Source of the DNA: a virus
Lineage: Duplodnaviria > Heunggongvirae > Uroviricota > Caudoviricetes
IMG/VR virus record: IMGVR_UViG_3300031853_000005
Location: 1-53,468 of that record
Reading direction: 5' to 3' (one strand)
Length of the DNA: 53,468 bases
Position numbers and translations under genes: made by a program. Shown here in pieces: positions 29,814 through 39,300 of this stretch. The notes beneath the pieces are model-generated. The model had not been told where the DNA came from. It saw only the letters and a program-made list of their open reading frames with translations, and ran no database searches. The first letter of the stretch is position 1; each line of letters opens with the position of its first letter.

Positions 29814-30917
29814 TTAGAGATCGGTCAGAGCGGTCAGGTTGGTATCCAGCAGAACACCAATCTCAAACTCACGATCCTTTGCAACATCGACTGCGCACTC
29901 AAGGTCGAAGCGAGTCAGAACACGGCCAGTCTTCACATCATTGCCGGAGAAGGTGGTCAGGCCACCGCGAGTCCAGGTCTTAATCGGAGACTTTCCGCCA
30001 GCAGGCAGAACGAAGCCAAGACCCTGGGGCAGCATGGTCTCAAAGTTAGTGCCAGCAGAGTTCAGAGCGGAGAAATCATAGGGGTTGTCAATCTCAGCCA
30101 GAACAGCACCGTTGTACATGCCAAGCAGACCATTCTGAGCCAGCTCATTCATGATCTCCTCAGAGATACCGGTGATGGTGTTGGAAGCGACGGAGCCGAC
30201 ATAGCCAGCCCAAGGAGTGAACTCGGAGAGCAGAGCATAATCGCCAACAACAGTCGGACGACCGATACGACGGACGTTTGCAATAACGCCATCAACAGCC
30301 TGCTTGGTCAGACCAGCAGCTTCAACATGATACTTCACGCCAGTGGCGTTCTTGATTGCGAAGTAAACCTTGCGGATGATAGCGCGTTTCGCACGATTCA
30401 GGATGTCGATGCGAACCTGTGCCATACCCTCGTTCTCCTTGGTCATATCGCCAAGCTGGATACGACGGTAGTCAACCTGGTAGCCACCGGACACGGTGAA
30501 GGTGGGAACGTTGTAACGCTCAAGCTGGACAGCCGGGAACACGACATCGCCATTGGCAGCCTGCTCACGGGACTTCTCGCCGACATGCTTGTACACTTCG
30601 CGCTCAATAGTGTCATCCCATGCGACATTCTCATATGCGCCAAACACACTCAGCATCTTGATCTCTTCCATCAGAAGAGGCTCAATCACAAAACGACGGA
30701 TCTCATTCAGCTCGGAAATAGCACCAAAATCGCCATTGGCGGCACGTTCGCCAAGGGTCTTGATGTGGGCAACAGCAGGATCAGCCTTTGCGCCAAAGCG
30801 ATCAAGAGACTCGCCCTTCACCATTGCGGAAAAGACTTCAACGACGGGGGACTTCGCCTTCAGTTCGGCGTTGGGGTTCACAGTCTTACGCTCGTTATTC
30901 ATCTCAAAAGTAATCAT
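29814..30917 (-). CDS. Major capsid protein (YonB-like)
   Basis: 367 aa, strongly biased codons, follows protease and head gene; SGGYQVDYRR and RFDLECAVDVAK motifs. Confidence 0.85.
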   Translation of the reverse strand: MITFEMNNERKTVNPNAELKAKSPVVEVFSAMVKGESLDRFGAKADPAVAHIKTLGERAANGDFGAISELNEIRRFVIEPLLMEEIKMLSVFGAYENVAWDDTIEREVYKHVGEKSREQAANGDVVFPAVQLERYNVPTFTVSGGYQVDYRRIQLGDMTKENEGMAQVRIDILNRAKRAIIRKVYFAIKNATGVKYHVEAAGLTKQAVDGVIANVRRIGRPTVVGDYALLSEFTPWAGYVGSVASNTITGISEEIMNELAQNGLLGMYNGAVLAEIDNPYDFSALNSAGTNFETMLPQGLGFVLPAGGKSPIKTWTRGGLTTFSGNDVKTGRVLTRFDLECAVDVAKDREFEIGVLLDTNLTALTDL

Positions 30918-30955
30918 AGTAATTGTAACCTTCCTTTCGTAGCTTTAAAGTACGA

Positions 30956-31346
30956 TTAAGCCGCAGCTTCGATACGGACGATGACAGCCTTCTCGCCAAG
31001 GACGGTCTTCTCAACAGCCTTGAATGCGACAGCAGGAGTACCGACAAGATAAGCGGCCTTCAGGGTAACAGTGTCGCCGGCAGCGATAGAATCAAAAGTG
31101 CCATCGACATGCTTCGCTTCGATCACGAGTTCCTGACCGATGTTTGCAGACAGATCAAAGCCATTCAGATACTCGCCAGCGGGAATATCAAAATCGGGGA
31201 TGTAGCTCTCATCGCCGTTCGGCTCGTTCCAAATCAGATAGGAAATACCATTCTTCGTGAAAACGGTGAAGTTCTTCACAGCAGCATTATGGGTAAGAAC
31301 CGGATTGTTCTTTGCGATTTCGATTTCACCAACAGTACGGAATTTA
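30956..31346 (-). CDS. Head (decoration/YonC-like) protein exon 2
   Basis: ATG AT| joined to |T AAA TTC CGT ACT gives MIKFRTVGEIEIAKNNPVL..., 131 aa; the track start (GTG 31279) lacks an SD. Confidence 0.85.
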
Positions 31347-32628
31347 CGATAGTGTTTGTCAGCTTGCTAATTCTGCCGACAAAATCTCATCGATTCTGTC
31401 GTAATCAAAATATGGAATTCTGATCAAATGAATACCGTGTGTCGAACAATATTCATTTTTAATTTGATCGTGCATTTGTAATATAGAAAATGCTTTCTCC
31501 CCACCGAAGAAAGCATTTGATTTGAAGTGTTGCACTCCATCATATTCAATTGCAGTATTTAAACTTTTAATATAGAAATCAAATGGAAGAGCATATTTGT
31601 CCTTACAATCATCAAACCTATATTCATGAATAAATTGTATTTGATGACTTTTCAGCCAATGATCTATTTTTAATTCGCCATCTGATTTCTTACAATTCGG
31701 ACATCCGAGTGATGTGTTTTTACTCAACGCATCGTGCGGAGACTTATCAAAGTATGTTCCACAAATACTACAGCGCATAGTTATTTTATGTCTGTTGTTC
31801 GAATACTTACCGATGACAATTATCTCAGGATGCTCTCGATTCATTTCTTCAACGAATTCATCATGTGTTTTTCTGTTAACACCTGAACACTTTGGACATC
31901 CTTTTCCACTAAGTATGCTGTGTGGAGTTGCCTCCCATTTGTGGTTACATATGCCGCACTTCAATAAGATTTTATTATCTGTAGATTTATAATCTCCCAA
32001 AACTATAATATTTGGATTAATAGTTTTAACTTCTTCGATAAACTCATCCTGTGTTTTCTTCTTTGTTCCACCGCATTTTGGGCAACCAGAACCAAAACAC
32101 ATACTTCCAGGAGTCGAATAAAAGCTGTATCCACAGACATCACAGCGCATTTCAATCTTTGTCCTATTATTCTTATATGTACCAATAACAGTTAAAGTCG
32201 GATGCTTTTCTTTCATTTCCGCAATAAACTGTTCATGAGTTTTACGTTTGATAGAATCACATCCATTCTATATTTTTTTTCGACACAGAATTAGCAATAA
32301 CGGTTCGCTACACCGCGCAAGCCATAAGGCTTCTCATACTTTCATATGAGTCCAGACTATATCATTCACCATGCTTTCGTTTAGGTGTCCTCCACTTCGG
32401 GAACGCTTGTTCCCTAACAGCATTTCAGCCGATAGTCGTTGAACCTTCCTCTATTCGAGGCTTGGCTGCTGATTGCCCAATCCATATACTTTTTAAATCC
32501 ATTACGTTTAAGCATTTCATCTTTCCGCTTTGGCTATATGGCTCTAAGGGTTTTCCAGCAATTCAAAGGAATTCATTATATGCTTTCACATATAACGGAC
32601 TAATCACGCGACATAAGTCGCGCTTCTA
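31347..32628 (-). ncRNA. Group I intron (IA2-like, 1282 nt) with homing endonuclease ORF in the P9 region
   Basis: P1 GAUUAG/UUAGUC with U.G at ATGAU|; core UUGCUGGAA, CAAUCAGCAGCC, UUCAACGACUA, GAUAUAGUCU; P7.1/P7.2 helices; perfect 12 bp long-range pair 32286-32297 with 31364-31375 enclosing the ORF; terminal G at 31347. Confidence 0.92.
31359..32252 (-). CDS. Intron-encoded homing endonuclease (repeated Zn-ribbon units + Vsr/EDxHD-like nuclease)
   Basis: Three KKT(Q/H)DEF.EE...CxxC...CPKC repeats; LPFDFYI...AIEYDGVQHF nuclease motif; frame open to ATC at 32252 behind GGATGTGA (track ATG at 32216). Confidence 0.85.
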   Translation of the reverse strand: MKRKTHEQFIAEMKEKHPTLTVIGTYKNNRTKIEMRCDVCGYSFYSTPGSMCFGSGCPKCGGTKKKTQDEFIEEVKTINPNIIVLGDYKSTDNKILLKCGICNHKWEATPHSILSGKGCPKCSGVNRKTHDEFVEEMNREHPEIIVIGKYSNNRHKITMRCSICGTYFDKSPHDALSKNTSLGCPNCKKSDGELKIDHWLKSHQIQFIHEYRFDDCKDKYALPFDFYIKSLNTAIEYDGVQHFKSNAFFGGEKAFSILQMHDQIKNEYCSTHGIHLIRIPYFDYDRIDEILSAELAS

Positions 32629-32633
32629 ATCAT
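32629..32633 (-). CDS. Head protein exon 1 (ATG AT, 5 nt)
   Basis: AGGAAGGAAGGT SD precedes ATG at 32633; the unspliced frame stops after 9 codons (MIRSATYVA*). Confidence 0.8.
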
Positions 32634-32658
32634 TTCAGTATACCTTCCTTCCTAAATC

Positions 32659-33855
32659 TTAAAAAATGTTGGTATCTTCGGGGTTCTTAGGATCTTCGAC
32701 AACGCCGAAAATATCCTCAACCTCATTCACATGTGCGGCATTCTGTTCCGCAACTTTCTTCTCTTGCTCGGCGGCGGCAAGAGCACTCTCACCAATGTTG
32801 GCAAGAATCTTTTCCACGACAGAGTTGATCTCAACACTCATCGGATCTTCATTGAACTTCGCCATCTCATCAGCGACGCAGGACTTCTGCTCTTCGCTGA
32901 AACGAGACAGTGCGTTATTCATTTCGCCGATACGCTCACGCGCTTTTGCTTCGGCAAGAGCACTTTCCAGGACACAACGCTCACTCCAAAGCGAATCATA
33001 CTTTTCATTAAGCTCCTGATACTCGTTCTTAAGAGAATCGAGTGCAGCCTGAATCTGCTCAGAACTTGCAACGAGTTCATTCTTCTCGCTGATCGCAGCT
33101 TCTTTTGCCTCGTTAGCTTCAGCAATCTGCTGTGCGCACTCAGCACGAACCTGCTCAATTGTCGCTTCCGCGTTATTCATCTCGGAGACAATCTGTTCCG
33201 CCAGAGCTTTCATCTCTTCAGCAGTCATAGGACTTTCCTCCCTGTTCTCATTGATTTCCAATAACACTGCGGCATTGTCTGCTGGTTTCACAGCAAGAAT
33301 TGCGTAGCCGCTGTAGGTATAGAACTGCGGTGTACGTGACTCAAGATGGTATCCATTTTCATAGATGATGGTTTCATGATCTGCGTCCTTCAGAATCTCA
33401 ACGCTTCCATAGATCGGAGTTCCGTTTTCGAACTCAGACTCAAACTCTTCTATGAGCTTCGGATAACACATCGCATCGAGTACCCCATAACCAACAAGAC
33501 AACGATGAACCTCGCCATCTGCGAGAACGACATCTTCTATCTCTGCATTTTTGAAATGACCAATTACGGTTGCATTCTCAAAATGCGGGATATTGTCAGC
33601 ACCAAAATCTGTTGCGCCATGTCCCCATATCTCAGTACGCTCTTCATCCAGGAATTCAACGCGGATACTCTTGTCTGCAATCGTATCCTTATTCGCTTTT
33701 GTCCACTTTTCACGCCAAGCAATTCCATTCGTGTTCGTCTGACTGCCTGTTCCGTCTGCGGAGAAAGTAGATTCCGGATAAATCTCATGCAATACAATTC
33801 GGATATCTCTCATTCCATCTTTGTTCTGCTGACTGGATAACTCAAATTTCTTCAC
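32659..33855 (-). CDS. Prohead protease/scaffold (YonD-like)
   Basis: WGHG and YGSVE protease-like His/Ser motifs, C-terminal acidic coiled coil; GTG start after AAAGGTGGTG. Confidence 0.75.
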   Translation of the reverse strand: MKKFELSSQQNKDGMRDIRIVLHEIYPESTFSADGTGSQTNTNGIAWREKWTKANKDTIADKSIRVEFLDEERTEIWGHGATDFGADNIPHFENATVIGHFKNAEIEDVVLADGEVHRCLVGYGVLDAMCYPKLIEEFESEFENGTPIYGSVEILKDADHETIIYENGYHLESRTPQFYTYSGYAILAVKPADNAAVLLEINENREESPMTAEEMKALAEQIVSEMNNAEATIEQVRAECAQQIAEANEAKEAAISEKNELVASSEQIQAALDSLKNEYQELNEKYDSLWSERCVLESALAEAKARERIGEMNNALSRFSEEQKSCVADEMAKFNEDPMSVEINSVVEKILANIGESALAAAEQEKKVAEQNAAHVNEVEDIFGVVEDPKNPEDTNIF

Positions 33856-33888
33856 CAATACACCACCTTTCTGCATCAAAATGTGTAT

Positions 33889-33919
33889 AAAAAGTCCTCC
33901 TATAGTGATATAGGAGGAA
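33889..33919 (-). terminator. Rho-independent terminator after portal
   Basis: TCCTCCTATA-tcac-TATAGGAGGA-cTTTTT. Confidence 0.75.
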
Positions 33920-33977
33920 CTGTAAAAGAAAGTCTGTCATGCGACAGACAGCCACAGATCATATGATCTAGCAGCTA

Positions 33978-35582
33978 TTAATCGGACGGTGACGGCATGT
34001 CATTGCCGTTGTTCGCCCGTGATTGCATCGTCTTTTCCGTAGGATTATCTTCAATCGGTCTGCCGTTGTCCTCATCATCTGCCGACTGCGTAAAGCTTGT
34101 TTTGTGAACCGGGTATTTGTTTTCCCAATCTTCCTCAAGCTCATAATCAAGCATCGTGATGAAAACTTCTGTCGGCAAACCGCATGCAGCCGCCCAGAAC
34201 GCCAGACTGCCTTTACCCTGGGTGTAAATGTCTTTGGCGTACTTGACAACATCATCCTTCGTGACATGCGTAATAGGCAGATAATGAACTTCGCAACGGT
34301 ATTTTCCATCCTGAATAACGTTTTTGTTAATAACCTTATTCAGCTCTTCCGTGATCTGTTCAATCCACTGAAAAATCTCTGAAGCAACCAGCTTGATGTT
34401 TAGAAGCTGTGCCGCATATGTACCAGAACCAACACCGTTCAACAGAGCGGAAGCAATACCAAGATCGAGAGCGACATTATCATTGATATTGTTTTCATTC
34501 TTTTCATCGAACAGATCTGTATTCTGCGTATCCAGTGAATCAATCTTCGTCCCTGCGGCAACAGAGAAGAAGTTTGTTCCGCCCTTCGTATTCTTCTTAA
34601 AAATGGCTTCCTTAATGGTATCGTGCTGCTGCTTCTGCTGCTTCTCAGTCAGAGAGCTTCGGCCTTTCACCTGACCTTCAGGGAATGTTTCATAGATAAC
34701 ACGATTGTTAAGGTCATCCAGAATTCCTCGCTTCGTATCTGTGAAATAATCTTTGTAAAGAATATCTCTGATCGCCGCGAGAATCATCGGTCTTCCGTAA
34801 CGCTCTTCGCGTTTGGAACGCACTTTCACAGCAATGGTTTTATTGTTGTCCAAAACTACCCAGTTCTTTGCGTTCGTCTGCGCTCCATTGTTCTTTGCGT
34901 TCCACGCATCACGGATTTCTTTCGGCCATTTCTTTACGGCCTGATCTGCGTTCTCAAGCCGATGAGAGAAATAATCAAGATTAAATGCAAGAACGTATGA
35001 ATTGTTCTTCATGCCTACAATTTTGGTGTAATCTGCCGGAAGCGCATGACAGTATGCGTTCATTCCGATGTCGTTGATTTCTACGATCTCTTCAACATCG
35101 ATATCCGACAGATACTTTTGCCTGGAAAGCGGACGCTCTGTCGTATCAAAGTAATAGTACGCAGCTCCCTCAATCATCAGTTTGAAAAGAATATCGCGCA
35201 CAATTTCCTTATGCCGAATAGTACGCAATGTGGATTCCATTAAATCCTTATTCTGTTTCTTCTTTGTTTTGCTCTTCCCATACGGAACAATTACATAATC
35301 CAAAGTAGGCAGCGCACACATATAGTCCACCGTATTGGTATAAGAACCGTTTGTGCCATACAGAAGCAGAGACAGCTTGCGCAGTTCCTCATTATAGGTC
35401 ATCGGATCTTGCACAAGTTTAATCAGTTCTTCCGGTTTATAATAGTCCAGAAGGTTCAGTCCAAAGTACAGAGAACTATAAGTAATACGATTATAGTAAG
35501 AAGAAAATTCATAAGACGGTTCTTTCTTGTTGTTATTAGAGGGACGTTTATTCCCGGTTTTTGGTTTGTTATTCGTTGGCAT
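33978..35582 (-). CDS. Portal protein (YonE-like)
   Basis: 534 aa directly after terminase; ERYGRP and HYLPIT motifs. Confidence 0.8.
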   Translation of the reverse strand: MPTNNKPKTGNKRPSNNNKKEPSYEFSSYYNRITYSSLYFGLNLLDYYKPEELIKLVQDPMTYNEELRKLSLLLYGTNGSYTNTVDYMCALPTLDYVIVPYGKSKTKKKQNKDLMESTLRTIRHKEIVRDILFKLMIEGAAYYYFDTTERPLSRQKYLSDIDVEEIVEINDIGMNAYCHALPADYTKIVGMKNNSYVLAFNLDYFSHRLENADQAVKKWPKEIRDAWNAKNNGAQTNAKNWVVLDNNKTIAVKVRSKREERYGRPMILAAIRDILYKDYFTDTKRGILDDLNNRVIYETFPEGQVKGRSSLTEKQQKQQHDTIKEAIFKKNTKGGTNFFSVAAGTKIDSLDTQNTDLFDEKNENNINDNVALDLGIASALLNGVGSGTYAAQLLNIKLVASEIFQWIEQITEELNKVINKNVIQDGKYRCEVHYLPITHVTKDDVVKYAKDIYTQGKGSLAFWAAACGLPTEVFITMLDYELEEDWENKYPVHKTSFTQSADDEDNGRPIEDNPTEKTMQSRANNGNDMPSPSD

Positions 35583-35596
35583 TCACGCCCTCCTTC

Positions 35597-37450
35597 CTAA
35601 TTGATGAATGTTACAAAATCATTCTCGCTGCCATTTGACAGCAAATCCAGCTCAAGCTGAGAAATGAAATATGAACCATAACTCATGCTTGTATAACGGT
35701 CTTTGCGATTTGATCCTTGCTCACTGATAACAATTGCACCAGTCTGTGCTTTCTTTTCGTAGACAAGTCCTGTGGTTTCGCTGATAAACTCCTGTGTTTC
35801 AAGGAACGGTCTTTCATAGAAAAGCTGAGTGTCTGCATCAGGCGAATTAATATATTCCTTGATTCCAGGAAGAATCTCTTCGCTTGCTTTTTCAAAGTTG
35901 ACCAGCAGATCAATCCTGTTTCCGGTCAGCATCGTTCTGAAGTCAACAGCAATCTCGCTGTTCAGTTTTTGTGATGCGACAACAGCGAAGACACATTCAC
36001 GCGCACCTTCAACAAAGATACGATTGGCAATCTCTTCATTGTTCATACACCGAAGAGGGGAGTATTCGACTCCGCGATCTTCATCATACATAACTCTCGC
36101 CAGCATGTCATAGACCGTAATACCGCCGTTTCTCATATCGAGCACAAGATAATCGGCATCAAAATCTTCAAACAGTTGTCTGATTCTGATTGCCTGTTTG
36201 ATGGTATCGCCGCCCTGAATCGATTCCATATAACACGGTATTCTGCGGTATCCTTTGCTGATCTCAACATCGTCAACCTGGTTACGTTCATAGTGATGAC
36301 TCTCAGGCAATGCTCTGTAACAGGTAAAGATCGAGTTATCGTTTTTCTTGCCTTCCACAAAAGCCATATCGCATGACACAACTCTGATCTCGCCGCTTTG
36401 CTTCTGAATATCGTATGGATTCTTTCTGCCAGCTTTGAAGTCCATTGTCGTTCTCGGATACCAGGGACGTTTGCATTTCTGATTTTCTTCCAGCATTGAA
36501 TACGTGAAGTACGCAGAAACATTTTCCTTGATACGGAAGTTCATGAATTCCGTATCCCATGTAACCTGGTCTTGTTTCTTCTTCTCGCGCTGGAAATATC
36601 TCATCGTCTTGATTCGGTGGCGAATCGATATCGCTTCATCGAACGCAAGCAAACAGGAATCTTTTCCCTTCAGCATCTCATCGCAAGCCTGGTCTACCGT
36701 TGACCACAGCCATGACGTTCCATTGTCAATCCAGGAAGAGCTGATATAAATATCGAGAGGTTCTTCCTGAAGTTCAGGAACATTGGCATAGAATTCATCC
36801 TTCATGTACGGCACTGGACGCACGATCTGATAAGGTGACAGAACACTGTCTTCGTCCTCTTTCTTGATCTGTCGAAACTCTTCACGGACAAGCACGGTCG
36901 AACGATATCCACGTCCGCCATCTCCGGGAGCAACAACCGTAATAGTGCTCCCATTTTTGAAGTACACGATAACCTCATTCTGGTTATCCTTCACTTTGCG
37001 GATTTCTTTCCGTAGCGGAGCTGACATTTTCATCAGCTCTTTTTCAATCTTTTCTGAAACAAGCAGTTTCGCCTGCTTCTTTGTCCCTGATGCAATAACC
37101 ACCATAGAGTTCGGATAGAGGATACAATAGATACATGCGCCAAGTGCTACAATGAATGACTTGGCATCAGCACGACTCGCAATGATTACAAAAAAAGAAT
37201 TAAGCCCCATCAGATACAGAATAATAATCTGATACAAATAGAGTTTAATTCCAAGGTAATCCATCGCAAACCTGTGAAAATTTCGCCTGAAAAATGTAGT
37301 CCATAGTATAAAATGGTCTGCGTTTTTCTCATCACCAAGAAACGTATCCGGTGGGAAACGAGTGAACAGCTCTGCCTGACGATCATCAGCATTTCTGTTA
37401 CGATAATGCTTTCTCGGCATAGCCTCACTCATCGTCATCACCGCCATCAT
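35597..37450 (-). CDS. Terminase large subunit (YonF-like)
   Basis: LYLYQ adenine-binding motif, ASRADAKS Walker A-like, GRGYR, ISSS motif III; nuclease acidic residues in VSCDMA, VLDMR and KDRYTS. Start codon uncertain. Confidence 0.88.
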   Translation of the reverse strand: MMAVMTMSEAMPRKHYRNRNADDRQAELFTRFPPDTFLGDEKNADHFILWTTFFRRNFHRFAMDYLGIKLYLYQIIILYLMGLNSFFVIIASRADAKSFIVALGACIYCILYPNSMVVIASGTKKQAKLLVSEKIEKELMKMSAPLRKEIRKVKDNQNEVIVYFKNGSTITVVAPGDGGRGYRSTVLVREEFRQIKKEDEDSVLSPYQIVRPVPYMKDEFYANVPELQEEPLDIYISSSWIDNGTSWLWSTVDQACDEMLKGKDSCLLAFDEAISIRHRIKTMRYFQREKKKQDQVTWDTEFMNFRIKENVSAYFTYSMLEENQKCKRPWYPRTTMDFKAGRKNPYDIQKQSGEIRVVSCDMAFVEGKKNDNSIFTCYRALPESHHYERNQVDDVEISKGYRRIPCYMESIQGGDTIKQAIRIRQLFEDFDADYLVLDMRNGGITVYDMLARVMYDEDRGVEYSPLRCMNNEEIANRIFVEGARECVFAVVASQKLNSEIAVDFRTMLTGNRIDLLVNFEKASEEILPGIKEYINSPDADTQLFYERPFLETQEFISETTGLVYEKKAQTGAIVISEQGSNRKDRYTSMSYGSYFISQLELDLLSNGSENDFVTFIN

Positions 37451-38339
37451 CTTCGTCTTTTACATAGAACTCAGGATCTTTGTCCTTTGTCCCGAAAAGA
37501 ATATTCTTGATTGGGCGAACAACCATGCGCTGAAAATAATCGCCGATATTATCAAAGTCTCTGTAAAGCTCTTTGCCTTTGTAATATTCGGCTGGTGTAA
37601 ACTGTTCGATCTGTTCAACAGTAACACCATAAACAAAATCTTCTGCAATCGCACTGTCACCAGCGGATTTCAGATTTCCGTTTTTATAGTTTTTTGTATA
37701 CAGCTCAGTCATTTTCTGGAAGACATCCATATCACCTTCACGCGATGCTTTCAGTTGATGCATCTTGATGCGACAGCAGTCCATGATATAGTTTTCCTGG
37801 TTGCCATCGGCGCGAGGGTTCGCCGCCTTCAGCAGAGCGTAGTGTCGGTTCATCTCCGCATAATCTTCTGGATCGAAACCGGCCCCCCATTTTTTAATAT
37901 CTTCGGCAGATATCTTATTTGCTTCTTCCTCTGCTTCAAGTTTCTCTCGCATCTTCTTTGACTTGAGATCAAATGTCATTCCGGCGAATTTGATTCCCTC
38001 ATCCAAAGAATTGTCAAATGTCTTTCCTTTGCACTGAGACATGCCCAAACGTTTAAAGTATTGACCGATGAAAGCATCATCATCTTCCACCGGCGTAAAT
38101 ACATCATCGTTGTAATAAACATCGAAAGCCATACACATACGTTTCATCGCTTCTCTGCGATTACCGTATTTCCTAATATAGCCATCGACGATTTTGCCGA
38201 GACAGCTTTTGCAGACAGGCATATGCCTCGTTCCATTATAGAGAGAGCTGTTCGAACGATAATAATCTTTTGCTAAATCAAGTGATTCCTGACAACGGCA
38301 GCAAGTATACATCTCACCGCTTTCTACAGGTTTTGGCAA
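37425..38339 (-). CDS. Putative terminase small subunit (YonG-like, N-terminal Zn finger)
   Basis: CCRC...CKSC; immediately upstream of TerL; TTG start. Confidence 0.55.
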   Translation of the reverse strand: MPKPVESGEMYTCCRCQESLDLAKDYYRSNSSLYNGTRHMPVCKSCLGKIVDGYIRKYGNRREAMKRMCMAFDVYYNDDVFTPVEDDDAFIGQYFKRLGMSQCKGKTFDNSLDEGIKFAGMTFDLKSKKMREKLEAEEEANKISAEDIKKWGAGFDPEDYAEMNRHYALLKAANPRADGNQENYIMDCCRIKMHQLKASREGDMDVFQKMTELYTKNYKNGNLKSAGDSAIAEDFVYGVTVEQIEQFTPAEYYKGKELYRDFDNIGDYFQRMVVRPIKNILFGTKDKDPEFYVKDEDDGGDDDE

Positions 38340-38371
38340 CTCGCCACCCTCTTTCAATTATGAATCCGATT

Positions 38372-38980
38372 TCAACTAAAAAGCTCTTCGATTAATGTGC
38401 ATAACTGATCAAAATTCAAATGAAAATCAGTTTCTTTGCCATTATCATTGCAGTACAAATGACAATAGAAGCCGTCATCATCTTCGTTGTCCTGATCATC
38501 TTTCTTGATAGGATAACCGCATGTCTGATCTTCGCAGCAGCATTTACCGCAGCAGTCGCAGTCATCATCGCAATAAGGCAAATCATATTCATCAGCTTCT
38601 TCAGAAATGATTGCTTCAATTACACAATGCTCCGGCAGTTCATTTTTATAAACAATCCCATAATGGCAGTCAGACGCGATAATAAGCAGACTCGCATCAA
38701 AGCCAAGATACGTTCCGTTCACAACTTCCTTTTCACAGCAGATGCAGACTCCATCATCTCTCTTGTCAACAGAGATCAGGTATTCATCGAAATAGTTGTC
38801 CCATTCAGGCGGCTCAATATTTATAATTTCGATTGCCGTGTCGGTAAATGTCAGCAGAGACTTCAGCAGCTTAACTGCATTATCATACTTCATGACGGCA
38901 CATGCCATCTGTCCATCAAGTGCCACGTCCAGCAGATCTACTGAAATGTCATCGTAGCTGTTATATGTTTTAGTCTTCAT
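38372..38980 (-). CDS. Acidic hypothetical protein with Cys cluster
   Basis: 202 aa; CDDDCDCCGKCCCE stretch. Confidence 0.65.
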   Translation of the reverse strand: MKTKTYNSYDDISVDLLDVALDGQMACAVMKYDNAVKLLKSLLTFTDTAIEIINIEPPEWDNYFDEYLISVDKRDDGVCICCEKEVVNGTYLGFDASLLIIASDCHYGIVYKNELPEHCVIEAIISEEADEYDLPYCDDDCDCCGKCCCEDQTCGYPIKKDDQDNEDDDGFYCHLYCNDNGKETDFHLNFDQLCTLIEELFS

Positions 38981-39263
38981 TGCTATCTCCCTTGACTGCC
39001 TTTTTCAGTTTATCGCTGAACCTGCAATTTGGTCTCTTCGTTGCCGGAAACAGACGCACTTCATCCGTCTTCGGATCTCTTTGCAGTCTTTCCGGAATAT
39101 CGTTAACTTCAAATTTTGCGAACTCTTTGATATAAACGCCTTCGCCGCTTATCAAAGCTTTCTTGATTTCATCTATCGCGCAGTCAAAAATTGCGGCAAC
39201 CTTTTCATAATAGCTGCCTTCTCGTCTTGAGACCTTGCGAATAATGTCTCCCCTTGATACCAT
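38970..39263 (-). CDS. HU/IHF-family DNA-binding protein
   Basis: GEGVYIKEFAKFEV...RLQRDPKTDEVRLFPATKRPNCRFSDKLK matches the HU arm pattern; GGAGG SD. Confidence 0.85.
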   Translation of the reverse strand: MVSRGDIIRKVSRREGSYYEKVAAIFDCAIDEIKKALISGEGVYIKEFAKFEVNDIPERLQRDPKTDEVRLFPATKRPNCRFSDKLKKAVKGDSNED

Positions 39264-39300
39264 ATAATCCTCCGATTTCAACTAATAATGATTTCTGATT

